Source: Basidiobolus meristosporus CBS 931.73 (taxonomy: Eukaryota > Fungi > Basidiobolomycota). Taken from it: a stretch of DNA of 64,000 bases. The stretch is taken from positions 1-64,000 of the forward strand of contig MCFE01000405.1 in NCBI GenBank assembly GCA_002104905.1, given 5' to 3'. Below, one piece after another: positions 47,708-61,072 of the stretch. The notes under the pieces are model-generated. The model saw nothing but the letters and a program-made list of their open reading frames with translations. It was not told where the DNA came from and did not search any database. The position numbers were made by a program, and so were the translations under genes. Numbering within the stretch: position 1 is the first letter of the stretch; each line of letters starts with the position of its first letter.

Positions 47708-49221
47708 TCTTCTGGTTGCTTGTTTGTAGGTAGTCCTTGGTTGTTTCTGTTGACTTTGTCTAGGTTTAACAATGGCACTCCTCTAGGCAATGTCACCATG
47801 TGTTGCCCAATGTTGACCACTGGGTACTTCAGACTTTGCATTTCCAACTTTGGCAGTATCCATACTTTAGGAATTGAGCTTCCTTCCAGTTGCTTGGATA
47901 CCTTTGTTGCGTTTATCATTCTTCTACTTGTCAAATAAGCTATTGGTTTCTCTAATGGGATCACCATCTCATTGGCTGGTAGTATTTTATCACCTTTTGT
48001 ATGATGATTAGAGACTGCAACCGTTTCACCTCTTCAATTGTCACACTGTTGCTGCTTGCCTCACTCTCATTGGTGATATGAATTAGTGGGATACTCTTGG
48101 TGTCCAACCTAAGTTCAAATGCACTGTAGAGTATGTCCATTTTATGCTGGAAAACCACTCTCACCAATGAGTAAGTTTTTGGCTTCAATGGGAAGGACCA
48201 CAACACCTTGGTGTATAATCAAGTTGCTTAGCTGGATGGGGCAATTAGGCACCATGCCTACTGTTGTGTCCAGTTGGTCATTTGCTAGCCATACTCAAAT
48301 GGTGTTGCTGGGGACTATATCTAGCTTTAGACATTTTGCTAACAGCTCTGACATGATCAATGTGGAGGATCCTGTGTTGATAGGGGTGCAAATCTTCTTA
48401 TTCTCTTTATGTTCATTTACATATGTACCCCTATTTGGTTCTAGTAGGACCATCTGGTTGACATGAGGGCTTGTTATCTCCTTCAATCCCTCTATCAGTT
48501 CCTCAACTAGAGCTGGGGCAAGTCCCAGTAAATTGGTCATTGAGAGGGTCACCTTGGTTTGCTCTAGTACCTTCATTATGGGGAATAGGCTGTGGGAAGA
48601 CATACTAGTGTTCTTTATTTGCTTCAACACTTCTTCCTAAGGCTCATTCTGTACTTCTTCACCTAATTCCACATTCTTTCCTTTTGACAGAACCTCCACT
48701 ATTGGTTCCTTTGCCTCCTCTCTAGAAGCAACAAGTCCATGCTTATTCTTCCGCACTTTGACTGTCCTGACTGAAGGGCTTGGATTGACTGAGTCCAGTT
48801 GGCCTCCTGGCAAGGGACTCTGTCTTTTGAAGCCTTCTCCTCATTTGTGACCAGTACAGGTTCTTGTCTGTACAGCTTTTCACATTTGTGGGCCTGGTGG
48901 CCTACTTCTCCACATACATAATATGGATACTGTCATTGTGGACATTCCATCTGTTGGGTCAGGGCCTGCACCTGGGCCTTTAGATCAACAACAGCTTCCC
49001 AAATTTTTTAACACCTTCTTTAGGGACTTCTTGCACCTTTTGCCATAAGTTCTCCAACTCACAGTCTTTTGGGGAGGCAATTTTTCCTTGGTTACAGGGG
49101 ATTCCTGTCCTTTGATACACATGTAGCACTGTAGGATAGCCCCCAAAGCAAGATGACCCCTTGTACATGTTTGACCAGCTCTTGCAATGCTTTATATCCT
49201 TTTGTTCTTTGGATGCCCTAC

Positions 49222-49570
49222 TGTTGAAAAATTAGAGAGATATATTGGAAATGAATTGGAGAATTAGAAGATTTACATTATATTCACTTGTTGTTTTATT
49301 GAGTTGCAGCACAGTTTTTATACTTGTTGCAGAACTACATAAATGTAACTATTTGATAACTGTTAGGGGAGTCTCAGGAGTACATGTGCCAAGTTTAGGC
49401 TGATTTGGACAAGTTTCAGATTTTCCTAAAGTTCTGTACTTCTGTAATTCCTAATGATTAGTAAATATCTTACAAACAAATTTCTAAGTTGATAATCTGA
49501 AAGACATCGTTTCACTAAGTGCTAGTTCATAATATATTAATAATTAGGTGCACTCCTAACTATTTCAACA
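49222..49570. mobile_element. Solo family-D LTR inserted in F gag
   Basis: TGTTGAAA...TTTCAACA; TSD cctac/cctat. Confidence 0.88.
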
Positions 49571-51069
49571 CCTATGTCTTATTTTGTCATCTCAGCCCAT
49601 GATGTAATACTTCATGAGCTGTTGTTTAGCAATATGTCCTTTGGGAGATATTAAACTTGTTGGAGAAGCAGTTCAGTGCAGGTTTTCATAGCTCTCACTG
49701 CTTTTCTTCTACAAGGTCAGTAGAAGGGCTTTGTAGTAGTATCCTTTGGCATATATGAAGCGTGTCTTGTTAGTGCATCCCAGTTGTCTTTAACCACAAC
49801 TTCCAACCCATAATGTCATTGCCATGCTGACCCTTCCATATGTCTTGCAAACTTCCTTGCTTTCTTATTATTGTCTCATCCTGCATTAACCGCAACTCTC
49901 TCAAACTTATCAAGCCACTCAAGGGCTTTCTCTCTCTTTCCCTTGTATGTTTTTAGTTTGATTGTAGTAGTCATTACCTCTCTTATGCCCATTTCTGCAG
50001 AGATGGCACCAAATATGTGGGTTATTACTGACTGTACATGGTGAGTGGGAGAGCTTGTAGGTCAAGTCAGTATCACTCAGTTTTGAGTAGCCTCCACAGA
50101 AGGTGGCAAGGTAATAAAGACTTGTATTTATTCCATCCAAATCTTGTTGTTCTCTCACTTAGTTCTATTGGATATATAAATACCACTTGGAGGGGCTTAG
50201 ATAATACACAGTGCTTTATAAATAAGGGTGTGAACACCTTCCTGTTATGGTAAGTGCTCTAACTAGATAAGGGCAGGAATAGGAGGGAGGACACATAGGG
50301 GAATCATAGGCAGGATACTGGATGACCTTGGGTAGGACTCTGGGGAGAAATCTTGGGCAAAGAGTTGGTACAACATTTAGTATTCACACAGTGCGCCACC
50401 ACATGTCAGTCCAAACTATGCCAACACCCTTTACAAGAGCACCCTGCAATACGTCAATGTTCATTGGGTCTATATGCACACTTCAGAGCAAAATCACCAG
50501 AACTTGCCAAACTGCTCATTTAGACAGGAGTCTAATGGAGCAGGCCAAGTTGCATCAACATGCAGCATCACATCAAACTCAGCCAAGGGCTATGCCAATG
50601 CATCAAGTTGTGCCTGGATATGCTGTTACTTCTGACCATTAGCAAGTTACTTCCAGTGAACTGACTGTTGATGACCCACACAAAGCACCTCCACCACTGG
50701 AGCCTTTAGCAAGTAAAAGAACACATCAGTGTGTAGCACTGAAGGCTGGTCCAGTAGAGTCATCTGGAGCAATTATGCATGGCTAAGCTGCAGCATTACA
50801 CTTATCAACCAGGAGGCAAAATACTGACTACAAATACACAAGTAGCCAAGAAGATAGTCAACAAGGAAGTGGTTTAGGTGTGCCAAGTGAATCACTACCA
50901 AATGCTTCAGTAGTGATCCCTGCAATAAAAAACCTAGGACAAGATGATGCAATTGCATTGAGTTGCTATAATTTTTTATGATCTAAGTAACACATGTTTT
51001 CTTGCAATCTGAATCCACAGCACTAAGTATCAATCTTCTCTAATGTGTCAAAAGGAGACTCAGTATTGG

Positions 51070-51270
51070 CAATGTGTTATGATCTACCACTTGAATGTTT
51101 AAGTTAGACCAGTTTTTAGTTAAATTAATTGGTTATATGCTTAGCTTACCAGTAGATCAGTATTATCTATCAAATTGGTAGCATTAGTCAGCCAATAAAT
51201 CAGCAGACCCTTATCAGACAGAAATAAATATAGTAAGTAGGATCTTATTGGGTGATGATGATGCAATTAA
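51070..51270 (-). repeat. LTR-like segment homologous to 47391-47575
   Basis: Shared tgcatcatcatcacccaataagatcctac...aacttaaacattcaag; element boundaries not resolved. Confidence 0.7.
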
Positions 51271-51475
51271 ATAAGTCATCAGACACCAGCTATATCAGGA
51301 AATACAATTAGTCAGCAATTAATCTGGCAAAATGTATATCAGGAGCTGCTGGAACCTCAATAAAAATCAGTTCTAGTTTTAGTGAATACAATACTAGCTA
51401 AGCTCCCTATTCCTCTACAACTCTTATGCCAAGACTAGTAGCAACTTCTCTAGTCACAACATTACATCATTGACT

Positions 51476-53350
51476 AGTAGATGGTTTACTGGGCTCACTT
51501 GGCTCCATAAAGTATCCTTGGCATTTGTTTCAGAGTGTTATCTCATTACTTATTGGGATTTGACTGGGCTCATTTGTGGTGCTGATATCTGGGGAGAGAG
51601 GCGCACAATTGATTGGTGAGCCTTCTTTGCCAGGGCTATCACTCTGTATGCCATATTCAGAAGGCTTGGGTGAGCCTAAAGGCATGATAAACTCACCTGA
51701 CTCAGTTTGCGCAAGATGAGAAATATGGCCAGGTGCCAATATAGAAAAATCAACTGACCAGCAAGATACTGTTGGTACAGAAGTGACTGATGATTGGTTA
51801 AATATGACGTTTGTGGCGAAACACTGGCTGTGATCCTTACAATACTTCCTATGCTGTCTGTGTGCTTCAAGGCTGAGAGGCTTGCTACAATAGCCACATG
51901 GTCTTTTTTCTCTTCTCTTATGGCACTGAATCATAGCAGTCCTGCCCGTGGGGCCAACAACTTGACACTTAACAACATAGCACTATTATATCCCTTTTTG
52001 TCAGTATTTAAGACAGTCATATATATGACACATTGCACCTACATGAATGTAATATTTGATGATGACCAGATGTAGTAAGCATCATAAACAAAGCTGCAGC
52101 TCCATATTCACATGGGTATGCAACACTATTTCCCCTTTGGATGGACTCACTTCCATATATATGCTGCCAAAAATAAGGCAAAGTTGCATGGTTGCCACCA
52201 AACCCCACTGCCAAGAGCAGCAGAAGAATGGTTGGACAAAAGCATGCTTTGACATTCAGTGCAACAAGCAGGGCTACATCCAGAAAAGGCCATGTTGACA
52301 GTGTGCCTACTGAAGGGAATAATGCAGACTCCTCAGGCTCTTGGTCAGGTAGGCAATTGAGAACCACTGCAAATCCACATGCTGACCATTATTCTCAGTA
52401 CCCTCAGTTGAAGACCAGCAAGTGGCTGTCATAACATCACCACCACCCATATTAGCAAGTATGTTGTCAGCTCATACCAAAGCATCAATGAGATAATTAG
52501 GTGAAATGGCTGATAGGATAGATGCAATGGTCCATAGAAATCAGAGAGTACTCCAGAAACAGAATGAGAGGATAATACATGTTGCGCAATCTATATCCCA
52601 GGTCAAGAAATCAGTATCTTTGCTTCAAATTAGAAACTCAAGTAGTTCAATGTCACAGCCAAGAATTGAGACATTTCTCAATGCAACAGCAGAGGAATAC
52701 CAAACAGTCTTTGAAGCACAATAACAATGCCTAAAGATAAAGCCCACAGAAATACCTATTGCAGCATGGGAGGGAGAAAATGCAGTGCTTATACCAAAGC
52801 CTAAAGATCAAAAGACATTGAAGATCCACAAAGCTGCTGAGTGCAATAATGAAAAGTGAGCTAATATTTCAGGGGCTGTCAGAAGTCTAGCATACCATCA
52901 CCTTGGCTGGCATACCATGGGATAATCAGGAACCAAAGGCCAAACCAAATATACCTGACTTGTTCCATGAGCATTATCCTGGACTCAAGTGGCCAAATGG
53001 ATTCTGCACCAGAGTTTGTAGGCTAAGAAAGTATCTCAAGAATAGCAGAAACTATCAAAGGTAGAAGAACAAGGGCACCATGGCTAAAAACCAGCAGCTT
53101 CCTCAAGGGCCTGCTACAAGCAGGGCCAAAAGCTCCAAACAAGTATTGAAGAGACATCATGTAGGTGGATGAGTGCCAAAAAAGGGCAAGCAGGTAAATA
53201 TGGATGCACCAGCACAACTTTTATTAAGGAAAATGTGTAGTACCACTCAAGAAGCACTCAGTCAAAGTAGCTATGAAGGACCTGGCAGTAATAAAAACCC
53301 ATGGGGCTCTCAGGAGCATGTCACAACTACAGCTGAGAGCTCTAAATAAG
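51476..53350 (-). mobile_element. Second, truncated copy of the CACTA-like element (transposase N-terminus plus divergent region)
   Basis: Collinear with ~32000-33600. ORF 51530-51934 begins with the zinc-finger-like CGYCSKPLSLEAHRQHRKYC. Confidence 0.75.
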
Positions 53351-53477
53351 TGTAAAAGAGACAGTGGGTTGCCAGGAGAGTGCTAGCAAGGGACAAGCAG
53401 GCAAAAACAGATGCATTAGAGCAGGTTTTATCAAGGAGAAAATATAGATCTTTAAAAGAAGTACTTGGACAATGTAG

Positions 53478-53821
53478 CAGTGCTAAGCTTGAAGTCACAC
53501 CTATATACTCACCTGCTTAGTCACTTCAGCCACTGCAAACAAATCTTAGAGAATACAGACTTAATTCCTTGTTGGGATTTACTTAGAATATTTTCACCAA
53601 AATATCCAATACCCAGACCTTAAATTCTGAAAGTTGTCTAAACTGTCCCAAACTTTGCACACCTGTTCTCAGGATCCTCCTGAATTTTTTCCACATGTTG
53701 GATATGCCAAGACTATGTAAAAGTATAAATACTACTTTTACTAGCAGTTAACTATTAAGTATAATCATACGCTTGAATTGTTCTCCTGAACACTTCTGAT
53801 ACCTCCAGGACTCTTACAGCA
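53478..53821 (+). mobile_element. Diverged solo family-A-like LTR
   Basis: Collinear with 14441-14786, ends ctcttacagca; left edge approximate, no TSD seen. Confidence 0.7.
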
Positions 53822-55339
53822 ATATGAGTCACTGTACTAAGCCAGTGTGTTATAATCCAGCACTTTCCAATTGCACTAATCTACCATAATGGCTGTGATA
53901 TGCCACAGTTTTACTTGATTGAAGATACCGGCCTACAGCTTTGTTAACAGTGCAAATAGATAAGCCTAAGATCCTCCGGACCCAATGTAGTCCCCAGTGA
54001 TGGCCTTGGGTACCTCTTCCCTAGCTCCAACCCCAAACTGATTGCCATCACTGTTCACTGTAGTATTCTTGTTATCTCTGACTGTATAGCTTTAAGCAGA
54101 CTGCCTTGCTGCCTTCTCAAGCAGCACTGATCCATTATCCTAGTGAGGTGGAATTGCTGGATTATATCAAGCATGCTGGTGAGTCCAAGCTTGTCCTAGA
54201 GATCACATGATTTTATTCAGAGGCTGACAACTTAATGATAGTAACTTTCTGTTCCATGTCTGGTGTTAAGATTCCAGAAGTGAGTTTTCTTTCTGGACCA
54301 AGATCAAGTGCATGCAGGTAGCATATCAATTGCTGTCAAATCCCCTGGAGTGCTCAGGAATCTTTTGACTTTAGAGCTCTTATATTTTGGGTTGTTTCAT
54401 CCATCTTGGTAGCAGATATCATAATAGCAAGATTAACATCTGAACCATGCCACATTGGATGATCATCCATCACTTTATACCAAGTGATTTGTATACCAGT
54501 ATGAGGCAACTAGTATACCTTCAGTAGTACTTCAGATATACATCATAGTAATATGCACCAATCAGAATCCTTAGTCATACTTATCCTGCTGATGGTATAA
54601 ATATTATGCATTTACATCAAGATATACAACCCTACACAGTGTTTCTAATACTTAAAATAGACATGCAGCTTCTCTATTGGCAAGTAATAGAACATCAGGA
54701 TCCCCAATGCAGTATCATTTTACTCCATAATTGGCATGGTTAGCATTGTTGATCTTTGGCCAAGCACATAGTCTTAATAAGTCATAATGACCTTTAAAAC
54801 CTGAATATGCTGATAAAGGTATCCATTTTTAATCTTAATACATATTATGGTGGGAGGTAGGTTTTGAGTGTTTATGCATCAGTTATTCTAAGAGGGTGCT
54901 AGTTTCTGTGAGATTACTGCACAAACTCAGACCTTTCATTGACTGTAGTAGTCAGATCTGAACCTAAGCATATATGGATCTTCAATATAGTTTCCTATTT
55001 ATCATGCTACTCAGATTCATAGCATTGATACATAGAGCCTGTTCAGTGCCACTGATTGATCAAGATTTTTTACTGCAATGAACTACTCATTTCATAATCT
55101 GAGATATGTCCATCATGACTACCTTTACATATGGCTTTTTTCTTTTGCTTGGTGGCATTCTGGAAAAATAGTCCTCTCTCTTCACAGCAATATATCCCAT
55201 TTAGAGGTTTATTGCAGCAGAAAAACTCTTTGGTCTTATGTAACATCAGGTCCACCAGGAAGTCATTCTCCAGAACAGAGACACAGAGCTGGAGAAATGT
55301 AAACATCTAGGATAAAGCAAGCTTGGAGCCAATAATCTA

Positions 55340-55687
55340 TTAACATAGCAGGAGAATGTACTGGAAGAAAATTGTAGAATTTGAATACTTTTATAGTATT
55401 CATTTGCTATCCTATTGTGTTGCAACACTAGACATGTACTGATTGCAGAGCTACGTGAAGGTAAGTATTTTGCTATTATTTGGGGCAACTAAGGAATGTA
55501 TGTACTAAGTTTCAGCTCATTTGGGCAAGTTTAAGACTTTTCTAAGTAATCAGTTCCCCACTTATTACTGATACCTACCATGGACCTTGCAAACAGATTT
55601 CAATGTTGAGACTGTGATATACATCAATTAGCCAAGTGCTACTTCATAATTTATTCATAATTATGTGAAATCCTAGTTACTTCTACA
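55340..55687. mobile_element. Diverged family-D-like LTR
   Basis: Shares tgttgcaacac...ttgcagagc...aagtttcagctcatttgggcaagttt with 27438 and 49303; ends uncertain. Confidence 0.6.
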
Positions 55688-57118
55688 TTGCTTAGCTCAC
55701 AAGTGTCTATCAAAATACCAAAATGTACCAAATATACTAGTTAATTTCAATTACAATGAATATAGAAGGTCTGATACTTCAAGAAGGGGCAGCATATATG
55801 GCATTTAACTTAATAAAATCTTGATGATTAAGTTCTATCATCATTTAGTAGCATGTACTCAAACATTTGCACTCTAATATAGCTATAGCATTGCATCAGG
55901 AGTGCATCCTCAAGTTTTGAAGCAAGTTGTAAAAGACTCTGTGGCAATACATACTATCTGATTAAAGTTCTGCCTACAACTGGGTAGCAGGGGAGTAGTC
56001 GTGCAATTATGCCTCTGACAAAGGTACTCATGCTAAGCCTGTCAGTATGCCCAGTGGTGACCAACACTCTTACAGTGGTCTTGAGTAAGTTTGTAGCTAC
56101 TGAATCTGATTAAGAGCTCAATTCTTAATCTAAAAACATAGCATACATTAGCAAACATATCAATTTTGTAGCTGATTGATTGCTGTGTTTGATCCAGGAT
56201 TTTGGTATTAAATTATCTGCTTTCTCTATCACTTGCTGCTCCACCCTTCTATTGCTGAGTTTTAAGAATACTGTTCTCTCCCAACCATTCAAAGCTCATT
56301 TTCCTCAAAGTGCACCTTGTCAGAATAGGTCTATTAATATAATATGATCATATGCCAGTCTGCAATTGGTCAAAGTTAATTGATAACTTTATTGCTGCTT
56401 GATTACTATACAATGAAATCCAGTAACATGAACCTGATCCTCAGCAGGCAACTTAATTTAAACCTCAACAAAAAGCTTGTAGCCAGTATTAAAGCCATGA
56501 TATACAAGAAGGCAGGTATTTGTTGCTGCTGAAAGTAATTAGTACCTTGGACAACATGCTTAGGAAATAAAAAGCAAACTTACACCAAAAGTAGAAGCAA
56601 CAACGTAATCTCAGAGCAGAATATGAATTGCATGCAACTCATTTGTAATACCACAAGAAGTGTCTAGAATACCTATACCCTTATGAAAATCTTCAGCTTA
56701 GAACACATCTGTTTACCAGCTGGTATTTTGCTGGTGTTCTAATGGTAACTATTGAAATATTGGACTATTTGGTATCATTCAGCAGCTAAAAATTTACTTA
56801 ACAACTCTAGGCTAGTCTTAGTCACTGTGGGACTCATTTACTGCCTTAACTTTGCCACTTTCTCCAGATATATGATCTTATGATTATTCCCCTATAGTCA
56901 GGATCAAATTAGCACTATTACCAAACATTATGTACTAACCCTGAAACTGTTACAGAATGCTCCTGAATATTGAGAAACCCTCCCTACTTAGTGTTGCAGC
57001 TGTATTACTTCTACAAAGGTATAAATACTGAGCTTCTTTATGAATAAACAACAGTTCAACTATTATCACTATTTCTTGATAAGTTCCTTATATCCAAATC
57101 ACTTCTTAAATTGCAACA

Positions 57119-57130
57119 GGTTATGAGCCC
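57119..57130 (+). promoter_or_regulatory. Half-tRNA (initiator Met anticodon stem-loop) primer binding site of B1
   Basis: GGTTATGAGCCC immediately after the LTR; matches the Ty5-type PBS GGTTATGAGCCCT. Confidence 0.88.
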
Positions 57131-57154
57131 CAATTGCCTTAATCTATTCTAAAG

Positions 57155-60100
57155 ATGACTTCTACCAGCAAACAAAGCAATACAAACATCTTCCCTGTAA
57201 AGGAGAGGTTTTATGGGAAGAACTACAGACTTTGGAGAATCAAGATGCAGATCCACCTTGAGGAAAGAAAGCTTTGGAACATAGTAACAGGAAAGGAAGT
57301 TGAGCCCAAAGGAACAGCAGAAGATATGGAGAAGTTTCAAGAGAAGGAGAGAAAGGCCTTCAATGCAATATGCATCAATGTGCAAGACTCCTTCATTGGA
57401 CAAATCCATGCCTCAAATACTGCCAAAGCAGCATGGGAATCCTTGGAGAAGATCTTTAGAGCAAAGTCAGTATCAAGCAAGCTTTATTTGAAACAAAAGT
57501 TCTTCAACATGAGAAAAAAGCCAGATGATGACATGCTACAACTCATTACCAGAATGGAGACACTTGCAGAAGAACTTTACAGTATTAATGCTGGTGTAGA
57601 TGATGAAGAAAAGATACTCTGTCTGCTTTGCAGCCTACCAGACAAGTATGAGCCACTGATACTTTCTTTTGAAAGCAGAGAAGACAACTTGACTTTAGAC
57701 TATGTCAAAGGAAGACTTCTCCATGAAGAACTCAGACGTAATGACCAAGCAGAGAAAATTGAAGATAATGCTTTATTCAGTTCAGAAAGGCATACAGAAA
57801 AGAAGGGAAAGCAACAAAACCAAAGATAACCTGGCTGCTGTAACTACTGTAAGAAGCCAGGACACTGGGCAAGAGAATGCAAGAAGAAACAAGCAGACGA
57901 AAAACAGAAACTAGAGCAGGCAAACCATATAACTACTGATGAACAGCTATTGGTCACTGTACAAGAGAGTGCAAGTAACCAAAGTAATGAATGGTATATT
58001 GACTCTGGAGCATCACAACATATTTGTGGTATAAAGGATTGGTTCAGCAACTTAAAGACTATTCCTGTAAGAAAGGTTTATCTGGGAGATAACTCTGCAT
58101 TGGAAGCTACCGCCAGTGGGTCTATACAACTAAATATGAGTGATAACTCAGGGGCAACAACAGCAAAACTGACTGACGTACTCTAAGTACCTGGAATAGC
58201 TAAGAACCTACTCTCAGTCAGTAAAGCAACCACTCAGGGACTGAAATTTGTTTTTACTAAGCTGAGCTGCTCAATATTGAGTGAAAATGGACAAAAATTA
58301 GCTTTGGGAATCAGAGATCACAATATATACAAGTTACAATGCAAGATCATTGTACCTGAGTATGTCAACATTGCTGAAACTGATGAAACCAACTGGGAGA
58401 TGTGGCATAGGAGGCTAGGACACATAGGGGAACAGAAAATGAGCCAATTGGTGAAAAATCAGCTTGTTTTGGGCCTAAAATACTCAATTCCGATCAAATT
58501 GAATGTTTGTAAGGGATGTTCATATGGCAAACAAGCTAGGCAACGTTCCAAGAGCTCAGAAGGCATCAATACCACCGAAATATTGGCTATTGTACACTCA
58601 GACATATGTGGCCCCATGAGAACACTGTCCTTTGGAGCCAAGAGATACTTTATGACGTTTATTGATGACAAGACAAGATATAGATGGGTGTACTTCCTCA
58701 AAACAAAGGATGAAGCTTTAGAGACGTTTAAGCACTTCAAGAACATGGCAGAAACACAAAATGGGTGTAAATTGAAGGTACTACGAAGTGACAATGGAGG
58801 AGAATACTGCTCAAAGGAGTTTGCAAATACTGCTTGTCTACTGGTATACTTCAACAGACCACAGTTCCTCATACTCCACAGCAAAATGGAGTAGCAGAAC
58901 GTGCAAACAGAACAATAGTAGAGATGGGAAGATCTATGCTACATGATAAGGGAATGGACTACAAGTTTTGGGCTGAATCTGTTGCTACCGCTGTATACAT
59001 CAAGAACAGATGCCCAACAACAGCACCACGTGATTCTACACCCTTTGAAGCATATACAGGCAAAAAAACCAGATCTCCAGCACCTCAGGATCTTTGGCAG
59101 TGATGTTTTTTATCACATCCCTGACAAAAAACGCTCAAAGTTGGAACCAAAGAGTAGAAAAGGGATCTTTCTTAGGTATTGTGAAGATACTAAAGGGTAT
59201 AGAGTGTATGATGGCAAAATTCAGAAGCTGATCAAGAGCAGGGACGTTGTATTTGAGGAAAATTCAGATCAGAAAGCCACAGAAATCATTGGCCAGCTGC
59301 CTGATGATGCAATCAACACAAATGAAGAAGATACGTACCAAATCCAGCCAGAGATGGAAGATACTTCTACCAGTTCCAGATCAGAACAGATTATCCCAGT
59401 TAGGAGATCTACCAGAATAAGAAATGCCCCTGGATCCTGGTGGCAGACATCCAATGATCATGAAGAAGCTTATCTTGCCTTATGTGCCGAACCTCAGAAT
59501 CTGGAACAGGCAATGCAAGGTCCAGATGCTACTAAGTGGCAACAAGCCATGCAGGAGGAGTACCAATCACTGATCAAGGCAAAAACGTGGGAACTGGTAG
59601 ATTTACCAAATGGGAGAAAGCCAATAGGATGTAGATGGGTCTACAAGATCAAGATAACCTCAAATGGTGCCGTTGATAAGTATAAGGCTAGATTGGTAGC
59701 TAAAGGCTATTCCCAGATCCAGGGACTAGACTTTAAGGAAACATTTGCTCCGGTTGCCAAGTTTAACTCTATTAGGACAGTTCTAGCCCTGGCAGCTGTA
59801 CACAGTCTAGATCTACACCAAATGGACGTCAAAACAGCCTTTCTAAATGGGGATTTGCAAGAAACTATATATATGGAGCAACCAGAAGGTTTTACCAATC
59901 CAAAAAGCCCCCATAAGGTGTGCAAACTTAGAAAATCGTTGTATGGGCTTAAGCAGGCACCCAGAGCATGGTATAACAAGATTGACACATATCTAGAGGA
60001 AATTGGGTTCTCTTGTAGCACTGCAGATCACAGTATATATGTGAAACAGCTCAAAAAGGGTGTGATCATCCTAGTTCTTTATGTGGACGACCTAATTATA

Positions 60101-61072
60101 GCTACAAGTGATCAAGAGGCACTTAAACAGACGAAATCAGATCTCTTCAGCAAGTTTGAGATGAAAGATCTTGGAAAATTGAGCTATTTTCTTGGAATTG
60201 AGGTCAAATTTGACATACCTACGCAGAAAATTGTGCTGAATCAGTCTAAGTACATCAGGGACATTCTTAGACGCTTCAAAATGGAAAATTGCAAACCTGC
60301 AGCAACCCCTATGGACAATAACCTGAAATTAAGCAAATCTCAGCCAGTTATAGATGAAAACAGCTCAAATATGGACCAAAACTTTCCCTATCAATCAATG
60401 GTCGGTAGCCTAATGTACTTGATGGTGTCAACACGTCCAGATATTGCAGTAGCAGTTGGAATAGTCAGTCAATTCATGCAGAATTATGTATCAGATCAAA
60501 TTGCAGCAGTTAAGCGGATTTTCAGATATCTACAAGGTACCATAAATATGGTACTGGAATACTCTGGAGCAGCAAATAGGCAAAAATTTGATGGTTATAG
60601 TGATTCATATTGGGGTAGGGATTTGATTGACAGACGCTCTACCACAGGCTATGTATTTCTTTATGCTGGTGCAGCTATTACTTGGAATTGCAAGAAACAA
60701 CCAACTGTGGCACTATCTACAACTGAAGCCAAATATATGGCTGCATGTCAAGCAACTAAGGAGGCTATATGGCTACGAAAATTATTCAAAGACTTAGGTT
60801 TTAATTCAGGTGAACCAACATGTATTTACAAGGATAATCAAAGTTGTATTTCATTAGCTAGAAATCCTACTAATCATGCCAGAACTAAGCACATTGATAT
60901 ACAGCATCACTTTGTGAGGGAAGCTGTAGAAAATAACTTAGTAGAGCTGGTTTACTGCCCAACTGACAAAATGGTGGCAGACATATTGACAAAACCACTA
61001 GCTAGGCCACAGTTTGAGATCCTTAGAGAGAAATTGGGATTAAGAAATTATTTAGTTGAGGGGGAGTGTTGA
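57155..61072 (+). pseudogene. B1 gag-pol with two premature stops (57827, 58184) and two frameshifts (~58830, ~59065)
   Basis: CNYCKKPGHWAREC, WYIDSGASQHIC, VHSDICGP, SDNGGEY, HQMDVKTAFLNG, LYVDDLII, YSDSYWG, RTKHIDI; the stop codon lies just inside the 3' LTR. Confidence 0.93.

Larger units (their letters stand above)
45310..50375 (-). mobile_element. Degenerate Ty3/gypsy element F (probable 5' LTR 50016-~50375)
   Basis: PBS TGGTGCCATCTC (50000-50011); knuckle YYVCGEVGHQAHKC (48882-48923); protease INTGSS; RT VPKKDRNLHFCINYQKLN; integrase VDFVGP. The 3' end is missing and the LTR right edge is uncertain. Confidence 0.85.

Noticed and set aside
35562-57130. tRNA genes
   Set aside because: The tRNA-complementary stretches are 12-17 nt primer binding sites; no cloverleaf seen.
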